Origin: Tubiluchus corallicola
Lineage: Eukaryota; Animalia; Priapulida
DNA: 42,836 bases
Assembly (NCBI GenBank): GCA_030141605.1
Contig: JAQGDQ010001395.1
Location: 1 to 42,836 of the forward strand
Direction: 5' to 3'
The notes beneath the pieces were generated by a model. That model worked only from the letters and a program-made list of their open reading frames with translations. It did not search any database and had not been told where the DNA came from. Shown here piece by piece: positions 1 to 12,161 of the stretch. The stretch's first letter is position 1; every line of letters starts with the position of its first letter. Position numbers and translations under genes: made by a program.

Positions 1-270
1 CTCTCTCCCTTTCTCTCTCTCTCACTCTCTCTCTCTTCCCCCCTCTCTCTCTCCCTCTCTCTCTCGCTTCCTCTCATCCCCCCTCTCTCTCTCTGTCTGT
101 CCCTCTCTCTCTCTCCTCTCTCTCACTTTCTCTCATCCTCTCTCTCTCCCTCTCTCTCTCCCCCTCTCTCTCTCTCACTCACTCTCTCTATATATATATC
201 TTGCTCTCTCTTTCTGTCTCCCTATGTGACTGTCTCTGTCTCCCTCTCTGTGTCTCTCACTCTCTCTCCG
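1..270. repeat. (CT)n / polypyrimidine microsatellite
   Basis: Imperfect ctctct run from position 1, grading into pyrimidine-rich sequence; explains the spurious ORFs at 201 and 226. Confidence 0.95.
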
Positions 271-612
271 CCCTCACTGTTCTGTTTGTTCTTTGTAATA
301 CTTTCTATTCTTTTGTCTCTAGTGCTTTCTTCTCTCCCTCTCTCTCTTTTTACTCTGTCGCTCATTTATTCACTCTTTCTCTCTCCATTGTTCTCTTGCT
401 TCCTTTTCTATCCTTTCACCCTATTCCATTATCTGCATTATCTTATTTGTTTCCCATCCCAAAATATGTATGAAGCCCATTAAGTTGTTTCATCTTTGTC
501 GTTTTGCAAACCCGTTTTCATTGAAATCCGATTTTAAATAAAAAAAATTCTGTCTGTCTGTCTATCTGTCTGTCTGCCTATGCTGATTACTGTAGTTTGT
601 TGTCTTTTTCAG

Positions 613-771
613 ATGAAGATATCTCTAACAACAAAAATTGATCCAGTCACGTTGTACATTAATCCTGTTAGCGCACCTTCACGAGCCGTGATGATGGCAG
701 CCAAACACATGAACATCCCTGTCAAATTAAAAACAGTTGAATGGCAACGAGCTAAACCCAAAATTCTAGTG
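613..771 (+). CDS. Glutathione S-transferase (Delta/Epsilon/Theta-like), coding exon 1
   Basis: ttttcAG|ATG at 613 suggests an upstream non-coding exon. Translates MKISLTTKIDPVTLYINPVSAPSRAVMMAAKHMNIPVKLKTVE, matching the GST N-terminal LY..xSxPxRAV motif. Donor GTTAGT at 772, phase 0. Confidence 0.9.
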
Positions 772-787
772 GTTAGTTAACGTTATT

Positions 788-1195
788 TGTGGAAATTGTA
801 ATTGTATATTTTTTAGGTGCTGCCATCTATGAACTAATCCTTTTACATTTTACTAGCTAAACTCACCCCTAGTATAATTGTACATGCATTCACTGGATCT
901 CTCCCTATTTTACAGTAATGGTTTTTGTGAAGCCAAGTTTGCATAATCACCTATACCTATATATACTGACTGGATTTACTTTCTAGTCACTGTCTAACTC
1001 TCAGTGTTCAGTGCAGGACTCTCTTGTCCTCAGTGTTCAGTGCAGGACACTCTTGTTCTCAGTGTTCAGTGTAGCAGTCATTCTACATATGTGTATGTAG
1101 TCTAATAAACACTTCAGTTTTGTGCAAATGTAGTATAGTTGTTTATTCTTGTTCTACAAAGTGAGTTATCTACAACTTCAAACATGACTTTCACA
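788..1195 (+). mobile_element. Solo-LTR-like element, family A (TG...CA), in GST intron 1
   Basis: Ends TGTGGAA...TTTCACA with internal AATAAA. Flanks ttatt/ctatt resemble a 5-bp TSD. A second copy lies at 7834-8423. Confidence 0.6.
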
Positions 1196-1198
1196 CTA

Positions 1199-1795
1199 TT
1201 AAAGCAAAACCGGATCCGATCTTAAACTGTAGGTCAAAACAATCTTTTCCTTAAAATATAGAAAGGAAACGTGCTATTTTTTCAAAAATGACTTATATGA
1301 AAGAATTATTATCACACAAACACAATTTCACGTTCGAGTCACTAGTTCTTCGCTGTTACATGCATTTCGCCATTCGCTAGTTAGACGGGCACTAGCACCT
1401 GCATTTCGGAAACGTGTTGCACAATAACAGGTGCTGTACCTCTCAGTTCAGATGTGTTAGTTTATGATGAATGCGTTCGGCAGCACATGCATGAGCACAA
1501 CGGTAAATTTGAATTTTTGAATTAAAACTTGCCGAGTTTTAGTACAGCACATTGAACATCTTACAGAAGCACTGCACTTCAATTTTCGGTTTCGCAAACA
1601 CGTTCAACACGCTCGTGGAACATTTTTGTTGATGTAAATTATGTTAATTTGTGAAGTCATCAATAGTTGGCTTGCCTACCGTTAACTGTTTTTAATCTAT
1701 TATTTAACTAAAGTGCATTTGCAGTATTCATTTTGTCAAAATGTTTACTTTTTAGCATACTTGAAAATAGGGTAGGATATGAAAAATCATCCTGT
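1199..1795 (+). mobile_element. TTAA-flanked non-autonomous DNA transposon (Kolobok/T2-MITE-like), family 1
   Basis: Starts TTAAAGCAAAACCGG; the other end in intact copies reads CCTGTCTTCCTTTAA. Further copies or fragments at ~7150-7628(-), 11590-11890(-), 13660-13875(+), 18563-19005(-), 20725-21220(-), 22340-22840(-), 25367-25712(-), 29746-30340(+). Confidence 0.75.
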
Positions 1796-1836
1796 GGATG
1801 ATTTAAAACACTTTTTTTAGTTTCAAACTATTTTAG

Positions 1837-2037
1837 GGCAACCCTTATAGTACCCTCCCTATGTTGGAGGACGGAAAGGTGCTGCTCTGGGACGCACAGG
1901 TTATCATGACGTACTTAGCTAACAAATTCGCTTCGGACAGCTTGCTGTATCCGCGTGACATTGTAGAGCGCGCTCTTGTGGAACAAGTCATGAATTTCAA
2001 CACCAGGGTACTGTATCCAACCATATTTGAATTCCTG
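1837..2037 (+). CDS. Glutathione S-transferase, coding exon 2
   Basis: ttttAG|GGC gives GNPYSTLPMLEDGKVLLWDAQVIMTYLANKFASDSLLYPRDIVERALVEQ, resembling NPQHTVPTLxD..ES.AI..YL..LYP.D..RA.V.Q. Donor GTAAGT at 2038, phase 0. Confidence 0.92.
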
Positions 2038-2090
2038 GTAAGTGTTGTCAGACTAGCTTTACATTTTTCACATTTAATAACTTCACCTGA

Positions 2091-2448
2091 AGTAAAGAGG
2101 ACCTGTTAAACTATGTTAAAAGCGTTAGATTATGATAGATAATTATGTTGATGAATGCTGGCTTGAAGCCAGTTAAGGAGTGGTTTCACGTGAGCTAGTG
2201 ATTCAGAACCGAAGCGTCGAAGCTCGGCGCACGATATATAAGCATTGTGATGCGCCCAGCTCAGGGATTGAGTGTGGGAGCTGAAGGAGAGCAAGCTAGA
2301 TCAGGGGGCTTGGCATTACTATCTGTTGTATTTATTGTGTTTGATGTTCAATAAACGTGTAGTTTTATAATCTGACTCTTCATAGTTTTGCCATCCCTAA
2401 AACACCAATAATCAGATTCACTCAACCAATGCAACGAGTTATTTTAGT
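2091..2448 (+). mobile_element. Solo-LTR-like element, family B (AGT...ACT termini), copy 1
   Basis: ~360 bp with TATATAAG followed by AATAAA and short AGTAAA/TTTACT inverted termini (this copy ends TTTAGT). Flanks cctga/actga. Four near-identical copies in the window. Confidence 0.7.
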
Positions 2449-2509
2449 ACTGATTCACATAATGTTTCTTTGAAATATTACACTTTTGTATAAAAATTAT
2501 GTAGATACT

Positions 2510-2767
2510 TTGACTGCGCCATTCAAAATAGGTTTTATAAGACCTATGACTTTTATGCTACTGTATGAGCACAGACATAGTTAAATGATTGCAAATTAGG
2601 TACTATTCTATTCAATAGAACCTTGGCTATCCAATCATTCTATTTGTTTAAGGATTTATAAATGATTTAATGGGATAAAATTAAGAAAAACACGCCCATT
2701 TCAGGCACTCCCACTTGGCGTATTGAGTAGGTTAGTCTGGTGTACACTTGCCTGATCGTACACACTA
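2510..2767 (+). mobile_element. Interspersed repeat, possibly a Helitron 3' end; inverted copy at ~23643-23889
   Basis: ~250 bp shared with 23643-23889 in reverse complement. Ends in a GTGTAC...GTACAC hairpin followed by CTA. Confidence 0.5.
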
Positions 2768-3074
2768 TTTTATTGATTGCTTGCTTGCTATAACCCAAGC
2801 TGTGCAGTGTTTTGTGTTATTCCAGGAAAAAACAACTAATCAGCCAAGGGCAAATTATGGTTGATTCTTCTTTTAACAGAAATTTCCCGTTAAAAATAGA
2901 GTAGACTTGAGACCAGTGTGTATCAGAGTATTGTGTTTGGAAGAGCTGAAATTTCTTGCATTAGTAGATTTCAGTGCAATCGCTGCAGTTACTGAAATAT
3001 TTTTTTTTCAATTTTTTTGTCAGAAACAATTTTTAATTTATCTAAGGTACATAATTTTGCATGAAAATCCATTG

Positions 3075-4390
3075 AGTGTGAGAAGTAGAAACCTACGAAA
3101 ATTATCAAATCACAATCTTTATGAGAAGAAACCTACGAAAATATCAATCACGTAATCCTCTAAGTGATAGAAACCTACGAAAATTATCAACTTGCACGTA
3201 ATCCTTGCTAAGTGTGAGAAGTAGAAACCTACGAAAATTATCAAATTGCACGTAATCCTTGCTAAGTGTGAGAAGTAGAAACCTACGAAAATAGAATGAA
3301 TAATCCCTGCTAAGTGTGAGAAGTAGAAACCTACGAAAATTATCAATTGCACATAATCTGCTAAGTGTGAGAAGTAGAAACCTACGAAAATTATCAAATT
3401 GCAACGTAATCCTGCCAAGTGTGAGAAGTAGAAACCTAGGACCGTTATGAATTGCACGTAATCCCTGCTAAGTGTGAGAAGTAGAAACCTACGAAAATTA
3501 TCAACTCACATATCTGCTAAGAGAAGTAGAAACCTACGAAAATTATCAAATTGCACATAATCTCTGCTAAGTATGAGAAGTAGAAACCTACGAAAATTAT
3601 GAAATTGCACGTAATCCCTGCTAAGTGTGAGAAGTAGAAACCTACGAAAATTATCAAATTGCACGTAATCCTTGCTAAGTGTGAGAAGTAGAAACCTACG
3701 AAAATTATCAACTTGCACGTAATCCTTGCTAAGTGTGAGAAGTAGAAACCTACGAAAATTATGAAATTGCACGTAATCCCTGCTAAGTATGAGAAGTAGA
3801 AACCTACGAAAATTATCAAATTGCACATAATCCTTGCTAAGTGTGAGAAGTAGAAACCTACGAAAATTATCAAATTGCACGTAATCCTTGCTAAGTGTGA
3901 GAAGTAGAAACCTACGAAAATTATGAAATTGCACGTAATCCTTGCTAAGTGTGAGAAGTAGAAACCTACGAAAATTATGAAATTGCACGTAATCCCTGCT
4001 AAGTGTGAGAAGTAGAAACCTACGAAAATTATCAAATTGCACGTAATCCCTGCTAAGTGTGAGAAGTAGAAACCTACGAAAATTATCAAATTGCACGTAA
4101 TCCTTGCTAAGTGTGAGAAGTAGAAACCTACGAAAATTATCAACTTGCACGTAATCCTTGCTAAGTGTGAGAAGTAGAAACCTACGAAAATTATCAAATT
4201 GCACGTAATCCTTGCTAAGTGTGAGAAGTAGAAACCTACGAAAATTATCAAATTGCACGTAATCCCTGCTAAGTGTGAGAAGTAGAAACCTACGAAAATT
4301 ATCAAATTGCACGTAATCCCTGCTAAGTGTGAGAAGTAGAAACCTACGAAAATTATCAAATCGCACGTCATCCCTGCTAAGTGTGAGAAG
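3075..4390. repeat. 54-bp minisatellite, ~24 copies, in GST intron 2
   Basis: Unit gtgtgagaagtagaaacctacgaaaattatcaaattgcacgtaatcc(c/t)tgctaa, head-to-tail with no unique spacers. Left copies are more degenerate. Confidence 0.97.
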
Positions 4391-4615
4391 TTTTTAGGAA
4401 CACGCGTAAAATGGTTACATGTTAGTTTACGTGAAAATTTGTGAATCGTAACGGTATCTTTGGAAACTGTCAAAAGTTGACCTTTAGAAGTGTAAATGCT
4501 GACCTTTCATAGCTTGCTTCACAGTGGCTACGATAGGCCAACATTTATCCTTTTAAAGGTCAACTTTTGACCTAATGATATATAAAGTTTTACTAGTCTG
4601 TCCTGATTTTATAGT

Positions 4616-4982
4616 AGTAAAATAATTCGTTGTGTAAAGCTGATTATTGGTGTTTTAGGGATGGCAAAACTATGAAGAGTCAGATTATAAAACTACACGT
4701 TTATTAAACATCAAACACAATAAATATAACAGATAGTAATGCCAAACCCCCTGATCTAGCTTCCTCTCCTTCAGCTCCCAGACTCAATCCCCTGAGCTGG
4801 GCGCATCAAAAGGCTTATATATCGTGCGCCGAGCTATAACGCCTCGACGCCTACGCTTCGGTAATGAGTCACTTACTCACGTGACACCACTCCTTACCTG
4901 GGCTTCATGCCAGCATTCATCAATATAATTATAATTGTCATAATCTAGCGCTTTTAACATAGTTTAGCAGGTTCTCTTTACT
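4616..4982 (-). mobile_element. Solo-LTR-like family B, copy 2
   Basis: Reverse complement of 2091-2448; flanks atagt/ataat. Confidence 0.7.
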
Positions 4983-5052
4983 ATAATCGCACAGAAACTG
5001 CACTAGGAATTGTAAACAATATCCTCTACAGCAGTTTCAAATTTTATTTCAG

Positions 5053-5349
5053 TTTCCACAAATCTTCGAGAACAAACGGACACCGATGCAGAAGCAAAGT
5101 AGCGCCAAAAAAGTTCTCGACCACCTGGAATCGAAGCTGCGAGCTCTCAGCTACGTGTGCGGGGACAACATCACCCTTGCCGATCTTAGTATCCTAGCAA
5201 CCGTAACCATGCTGGAACTCGTCGATTTTCACTTCCCCTCCTTCCCCAAACTACACGCTTGGATGAGGCACCTCTCATGTATTTTGCCCTACTACCAGGA
5301 GTGCAATCAACCAATTTACGAATACAGGCAGAACCATTACGGTTCATAA
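5053..5349 (+). CDS. Glutathione S-transferase, coding exon 3 (stop); spliced CDS 657 nt / 218 aa
   Basis: atttcAG|TTT phase 0. Contains YVCGDNITLADLSILATV..FPKLHAWM (GST C-terminal N-capping box TxAD). TAA at 5347-5349. Confidence 0.92.
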   Translation, partial: FPQIFENKRTPMQKQSSAKKVLDHLESKLRALSYVCGDNITLADLSILATVTMLELVDFHFPSFPKLHAWMRHLSCILPYYQECNQPIYEYRQNHYGS

Positions 5350-5485
5350 CTGACTACATTCATAGACGAAACAACTTTTGCAATTTGTCACCAGCGAGCA
5401 AAGTTACAATTATTGATTATGCAATGAAACACAGCAGCTCTTAACAACTGTCTTAATAAGCCTCTTCACAGTTCCAGTGATTTGA

Positions 5486-5844
5486 AGTAAAATAATTCGT
5501 TGTATTGGTAGTGTGAAGCTGATTATTGGTGTTTTGTGGATGGCAAAACTATGAAGAGTCTGATAATAAAACTACACGTTTATTGAACATCAAACACAAT
5601 AAATATAACTGATAGTAATACCAAGCCCACTGATCTAGCTTGCTCTCCTTCAGCTCCCAGACTCAATCCCCTGAGCTGGGCGCATCACAAGGCTTATATA
5701 TCGTGCACCGAGCTTCGACGCCTCAATTCTGAATCACTTGATCACATGACACTACTCCTTAACTGGCTTCGTGCCAGCATTCATCAACATAATTATCTAT
5801 CATAATCTAATGCTTTTAACATAGTTTAACAGGTCCTCTTTACT
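5486..5844 (-). mobile_element. Solo-LTR-like family B, copy 3, inserted into an older repeat 3' of GST
   Basis: Flanks tttga/attga. The empty-site equivalent is visible at ~33860-33880. Confidence 0.72.
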
Positions 5845-5865
5845 ATTGATGATGATACTGAAAAA

Positions 5866-6154
5866 GTCAAAGGTTAAGTGTAGACAATGCATTTGTGTAC
5901 ACCTGACAACGCCTCACAGCCCATGATATTGTAATAGTAACAGTTTTAACAGTTAGCTAGAACTATACCTAGTTTATTTTTTCTTTTTCCCAAGCAAGAT
6001 CCTGCTAGTAAATCACTTTACATTCAGACTAATACATGGTTAAATGAAGTCCACGCAAAACAACCAGAGTCCTGAACTAATGCTTTGCGTTACCCACATG
6101 TCACGTGACGGTTGCAATTAACACGCATTGCTGTGGTACACTTAACCTTTGACC
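5866..6154. mobile_element. Inverted-repeat-bounded element (GTCAAAGGTTAAGTGTA...TACACTTAACCTTTGAC); second copy at 33889-34193
   Basis: 17-bp inverted repeats ~290 bp apart, and the interior is alignable with 33889-34193. Confidence 0.7.
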
Positions 6155-6633
6155 TACAACAACTGCGCGTGCGCACAACGAAACTTTGAAAAGGCTTACT
6201 AATTCTACTAAAAGTGATTTTGGCTGTCACTGCTACTGTGGCGTCCTCTGTGATCTTGGAAGTGCATCTAGACAATCAGCGTTTATTAGAAATGATATTA
6301 TAGCAGCTCTCCTATTCGGAGCTCCTGACTTTTGTAAATTTTTGTTTTTTTGCATTTTGTACATTTGCAGCAACATTGGACACCAAAGCCTAAGCCCCTT
6401 CTTATACGATACCTCAAAACGATCTACCCTTGTAAAATATCAAAAAGGAACATACTATTTTTTCAAGATTCACTTGTGTGGTTTGCATTCTCACGGGCAG
6501 TTCTTCACTGTTATTATGCTAATTTGAAGTTGAAGTTTTTATTATTATTACAAAAATCACATTCAGTACAATATAGTGACATTCAAGACATGGTGACATC
6601 AAAATTGTTACTTTAGACCGTCATAAATCATTA

Positions 6634-7094
6634 CAGTCAACCTCGGATATAAGGGATACCTCTGGACCGGAAAAAACCGTCCCTTATATCCGTTGTCCCT
6701 TATAGCCGAAATTGAGTCAGACCGAGGGTGTACCTAGACCTGTACTTTTACCCATATTTTTATGGATTATTGCTACACATTCGTTGCAAACGGTATGTAG
6801 GAAGCTCCTTCAGTGATGCGAGATGTATGTGATCGTGGAAACCGAGCTGTTTGAAGGTCAAGCTTGCGAAAAATTGAGGTCAAAAATCGATAAATTTCAC
6901 TTTGATCACAGGGCAAGGTAATTTACCTGGGTTTCTATTACGCGGGAGCTGAAGATATCTTCCCTTATAACCGAAAGTTCTTTATATCCGTGTACCTTAT
7001 ATACGATGATTTTTATAAGGAAAAATGTTACAAAAATTCAGGACCGGTGTTGGTGGTCCCTTATAAGCGAGTAACTTATACCCGAGGTTGACTA
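6634..7094. mobile_element. pogo/Tigger-like (Tc1-mariner) MITE
   Basis: TA|CAGTCAACCTCGGATATAAG ... CTTATACCCGAGGTTGACTA terminal inverted repeats with subterminal repeats; no ORF. Confidence 0.8.
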
Positions 7095-7833
7095 TGTTTC
7101 ATATGCTGTCTATCTCATCGTATATATTAATTTCGATGGTATATATATGTGTGTGTGTGTATAAACTAACGTAATTTTCAGCAGCAAAAATATTCCGTGA
7201 GCGTGTTGCACATGTTTGCGAAAGCGAAAATTGAAGAACAGTGTTACTGTAAGATATTCAGTGTGTTGTACTAAAACTAGGCAAGTTTTAAGATAAAAAT
7301 TCGAATTTCAAATTTACCACTGTGTTGACGCATGCACAGTCGTACATGTGTAGTTCTTCACAAACTAACACATCTGAACTGAGAGGTACAGCACCTGTTT
7401 TTGTGCAACGCATTTCCGAAATGCAGGCGCCAGTGCCCATCTAACTAGGCGTATGGCGAAATGCATGTAGCAGCCGAAGAACTAGTGGCACGAACGTGAA
7501 ATTGTGTTTGTGTGGTAATAATTCTTTCATATAAGTCATTTTTGAAAAAATAGTATGTTTTCTTTCTATATTTTAAAGAGTAGATTGTTTTGACCTTTAG
7601 TTTAATATTGTTTCCGGTTTTGCTTTAAACGACGTCTTAGAACACATTTGGTAGATTGCATTAATCAGGGTGGATTAATCTTTATTTTTAATGTATTTTT
7701 AATTTTAATGTGTCTTACGAATTTAAAATAATGTATTTTGTTGTTTTGCGTGCTGAGATTTTAAATTCTGTACAAATAAATTTTTCATTCATTCAATCTA
7801 AACTGACCGATAAACCACACAGAACAAACATGA

Positions 7834-8423
7834 TGTGGAAGTTGGAATTGTATATTAGGTGCTGCCATCTATGTGCTAATCTTGTTACATTCTACCAGCT
7901 GACTTACCCCCAGTATAATTGTATGGTCCAGTGAATACATACACACTGGTCCTCTCCCTATCTAAAATTAATGGTTATTGTGAAGCCTGTGCAACTCTGC
8001 ATAGGTCAAGTTTATTGTACATTGTAGTTAGGTGCTGCCATCTATGTGCTAATCTTGTTACATTCTACCAGCTGACTTACCTTCAGTATAATTGCATGGT
8101 CCAGTGACTACATACACACTGGTCCTCTCCCTATCTAAAATTAATGGTTGTTGTGAAGCCTGTGCAACTCTGCATAGGTCAAGTTCAATACCTGTATACT
8201 GACTGTGAAACAGGTTTTACTGACTGTTTTTGCTTTCTAGTTTTTGCTCAATGTTCAGTGCAGCAGTTTTGCTACTCATGTTTTCTGTAGTTTAATAAAC
8301 ACTTTTCTGTTGTGTGAAATGAAAATATTTCTTATAGATGTTTGGTTCCTATTCATACTTCTCTGTGTCTAAACTCAATCATAACAAAGTGACTGAACAA
8401 CAACTTCAAAAATGACTTTCACA
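7834..8423 (+). mobile_element. Solo-LTR-like family A, copy 2, with a ~172-bp internal tandem duplication
   Basis: TGTGGAAG...ACTTTCACA. The block taggtgctgccatctat...cataggtcaagtt occurs twice (~7856 and ~8029). Confidence 0.62.
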
Positions 8424-10097
8424 CATATCATATCACCACATTTTATATTTATAAAATTAAGTTAACATTGTATAAAAAAATAAAGTTAATCTCATATCAC
8501 AAACATGCTTACAAATGCTTATTCAACCTCACTTATATACGTTACGTCTTGTATTACCCTCCCAGATACCAATTAACAAGTTATTTAGACAGTGGCGACT
8601 CGTAGCTAAAATTACTGGGGGTGCTGCTTCAGAAAATTTTTAGCTATTGTTTTAATACTGTGTAAAATGAAACAAACATATGAAAGTTTATACATAAACT
8701 TGATGAAATCCTAAACAAAAGATAGATTTTTGCTCACTAATAGGGTAAATTGTCGCAGTTCAAGCTTGATCCATTCACGGAAAGCACGCGACAACTGACA
8801 ACAAACTGTGTGAGCGACAGAACTTTTTCTACTTGGCCTGAAACATGTGAGCATGCTGGCTTGTGCACAACAGCCAAACACTGAGTTGCTGGAGCGCACT
8901 GTGCTGGTCTGTGAAACAAACAGTACTACCCTCACATTCTCTGGTTCCATACAAGTATAAAGAAAGAACAAAAGAAAAAAGACTTATTGTATTGATTATT
9001 AACTATAATATTGAACGAAAAAAGGGAGTGCTGCAGTTCCACAGTACTTATACACGAGCCGCCACTGTTTTTGCATTTAGTATTTGTGCAAACGTGCAAC
9101 AAAGCCCATAACCTTGGCAACATTAAATTTCTACAGAACACTACCAGGCAGATTCTTACAACATAACCAAGCCTAAAACACCTTTGTTAAGTAGCTGAAA
9201 TGTATATATGTAAAAAGACAAGAAAATTAGGTTTGAGAACAATCGCCCTAAAAAATTACATTACTTTAATACATATATTGTACTCGCGGAGTAGCGGTCA
9301 GCTCGCGAAACAAAAGAATGTCCATACTTTCTCTAGATTTTTGTCCGATTCTTCTGATATCCGTAAAAGCGAGATACGAATGCATTTTGAAATGCTACCG
9401 TTGGTTGATTAATGATGCCATGTTAGTTTATGCTAAACAAGTGAACTGCTAATGTGCTTAATTTGAGAGGAAAATGATTCAGACTTTGGTGATCATCGGA
9501 AAAGGTTAATGGGGTTAAAAAGATAAAAGCGAAGAAAAAGTAAAGAATCATTGACATTTAAAAACCACGCAAACAAGTGGATAATTTAAAAGCAAAAATC
9601 TGTCTTTTTAACTTGTTTAAAAGATTAGAAAATTTACTTGTATCATAATAAATATAGAGGGAAACTTTTTGCTTAAAAAACCGACAAAGAGAATCTGAGC
9701 AAAGAGAAGAAACAACAGCTCTTGTCACATTCAGACAAGCGTTTTTTCTCTCTGACAGCAAAGTGTCGCAAGTGTGAACTGTCCTTAGAGTTTGCTGTCA
9801 GCAAAAAATTGTAAACTCTCAGACAGTTTCTGCGAATTGAATTAATGTCTAGTGTGAACGCCTCGACGGTAAATTAAAATGAGATTAAGTCTAAAGAATC
9901 ATCTGGTCTTCCTTTAATAAATTTCGCCGAAACCGAACGGAACATTTTGTTTCTGTAGCAACCCTTATCGTTTGTTTACTTTCACATTGCCTAGCAACGG
10001 TTACTACGGTGTATTTGAAAGTTGACAACAATTTCTTTTTTGTGTCTAATTAGGGATCAAGCTAAACATTAGATCGGTTTTACGTGTTAACGTCGCA

Positions 10098-11031
10098 TCA
10101 TTGTATGGTCAGGTGTAAGTACTCGGCTACAAAGATTCGTAAAATCTTATTTAAATTATCAATTGTTGCAAAGTCTAAACTGTCCTTATTGTCTCCCTTT
10201 TTGTGCCAGATGTTCCTAGGGAAGGGAGTAGGTATTAAGTGAAGAACGCGAACGTTCTTTTTCATGAACGGAACGTGGTCGTCTTCGATTCGGCCGTGTG
10301 AGGCCATCCGAAATGTGTCGAAGTATAAGTTTTTGGACTTTGGGTGATCGGCAAGAAGTTCCTGTTTCGCTAGTGACTTCTCGATCTTGATGAGTCGATC
10401 GAAGAGTTTCTGCGTGTTATCAAAATAGCTGTAAAACCTCGGCTTGGCCGCTCCGATCAGATCTAACAGAACGAGAACGTCGATTCCGTGGAGAAGATTT
10501 GTTCCTTCTTTATTATCCCTGGGATGGGCTTTGGAATGCATTAGACTGGCGAGGTGCCTCGCACCATACAGCGAATCGGTTTCGGTCCATTCCTTGAAAG
10601 CTTCTTCTCCGTCGAAAAACAACAACTGTAACGTCAGATCTTGCTGAACCTGATGAGCTTTGAGGTGCTTGTCTAAGGTGTGCGCCAAATCGAGAAGCAT
10701 TGCGCAGGGAACGGCTGAATCGGTCGCCCCGATGAAGTCGAAATTTGCAAAGTACTTGGAATCGAAGTGACACGCGAGGACCAGGCGGCGGCGCGCGTCC
10801 GGATTCAGCGTCGCGACGATGTTGGTAAACGGTTTCAGCCCCATCGGAGTCTCTTCCTCGAAAGTGTCAATCTCTACCTCCCAGCTCAGCTTCTGGAGGC
10901 GAGAGATGATGTGGTGCTGTACCTTCTTGTTGCCCTCGGAACCCGGGACGCGTGGTATGAGCATTGGTTCAAGCTCAACTTTCTGTAGGCGTTCAATATC
11001 AGAAAGATCGGCCACCTTCTTCATACGTTCA
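10098..11031 (-). CDS. QPCT: Glutaminyl-peptide cyclotransferase (M28 family), coding exon 2
   Basis: Motifs PRVPGSEGN, LACHFDSK, GATDSAVPC, FFDGEEAF..W..DSLYGARHLA, LLDLIG, IEDDHVPF, WHKKGDN include the Zn ligands D/E/H. Acceptor tttgcAG at 11033-11032, phase 2. QPCT versus QPCTL orthology is not resolved. Confidence 0.96.
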
Positions 11032-11401
11032 CTGCAAAAAAAGGAATCAATGTCAGTTTCAGAATTGACAACATGAGGTAATTATCAATATATGACTACT
11101 TGGCGAAACTATAATGTGTATGTATGAAAGCTAAAAGCGACATAGAATATAATTTTTGCATAAATTTTTCCGAAAACAATTCGACATTAGTGCAAGATAG
11201 TCATGTGTCTCCAATAATTTGTAGTACTGTATTTTGGTAGAAGAAAATGTCTATCTAACTTGCATGTAATGGATGATATGACAGCTTGAATTTTGATCTT
11301 CTTTATATTCATTTGTACCACTTTATTTGGGTTATAGTTATCATTGCTTTTAGCTTATCATTTTGCTGTATGTACAGATTGCATTTTCACCCTTCAGTTA
11401 C

Positions 11402-11588
11402 TTAAAAGAAAAGCGGACAATTGTTTAGACTCAATCTCATTTTAATTTATTGTCCAAAATCTACATTTTCTTGCTTATAAAAGTTAACAATTGTTTCTTA
11501 TATTTGAATAATTAACTTAGAAAGTTAATTAACGGCAACCGAACACAGCTATTGCTTATGGCAGAAACTAACTACAGTTTGTGCAATG
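11402..11588 (-). mobile_element. TTAA-flanked MITE family 2, fragment
   Basis: Reverse complement of ~29345-29531, including the terminus. Confidence 0.7.
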
Positions 11589-12161
11589 CCAGGCATTTCA
11601 AATTTACCACTGTGCTCACACATGAGCTGTGGAACGTGTGTAGTTCATCACAAACTAACACATCTGAACTGAGAGGTGCGACACCAGTTTTTTTTGTGCA
11701 ATGCATTTCCGAAATGCAGGTACTAATGCCAGTCTAACTAGCAAATGGCGAATGCGAAACTATGTTTGTCTGGTAACAATTCTTTCACATAAGTCATTAT
11801 CATTAAATTTTTCGAAAACATAATGTTTCCTTTCAATATTTTAAAGAGTAGGTTGTTTTAACTTACAGTTTAACTAAGGGTCAGGTTTGTTGTAACAAAA
11901 TTCAACATTATTAAGCCCTAATGTAGAGCTAATGCTGAGATTCACCAGTTATTTTATTTGCACTCACAAAGCTGGAACAAAAATCATATGATCAAGGCCT
12001 AACCATTGTTATTATTCACTGTTAATAAAAGTGATTGTGTAAAAACATAAACAGCAAAATTCATAACGTTTAATTTACATGAACTAAATTAGTGAACTGT
12101 ATGTTTAAGTAAATATGCTATGTATATTATGATAATAAGTTAATTTCACATTGGTCTACTC

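Noticed and set aside
201-483. Hydrophobic Leu/Ser ORFs
   Set aside because: Products of CT-rich low-complexity sequence.
3075-4473. CRISPR-like array or repeat-protein ORFs (286 and 318 aa)
   Set aside because: Head-to-tail 54-bp units with no unique spacers and no cas genes. The ORFs arise because 54 is a multiple of 3, and the array lies in a GST intron.
8590-9400. Possible hAT-like element beginning CAGTGGCG
   Set aside because: I could not find a matching right terminus, TSD or transposase motif.
10444-11076. Short ORFs overlapping QPCT
   Set aside because: Antisense or alternate-frame shadows of the real exon.
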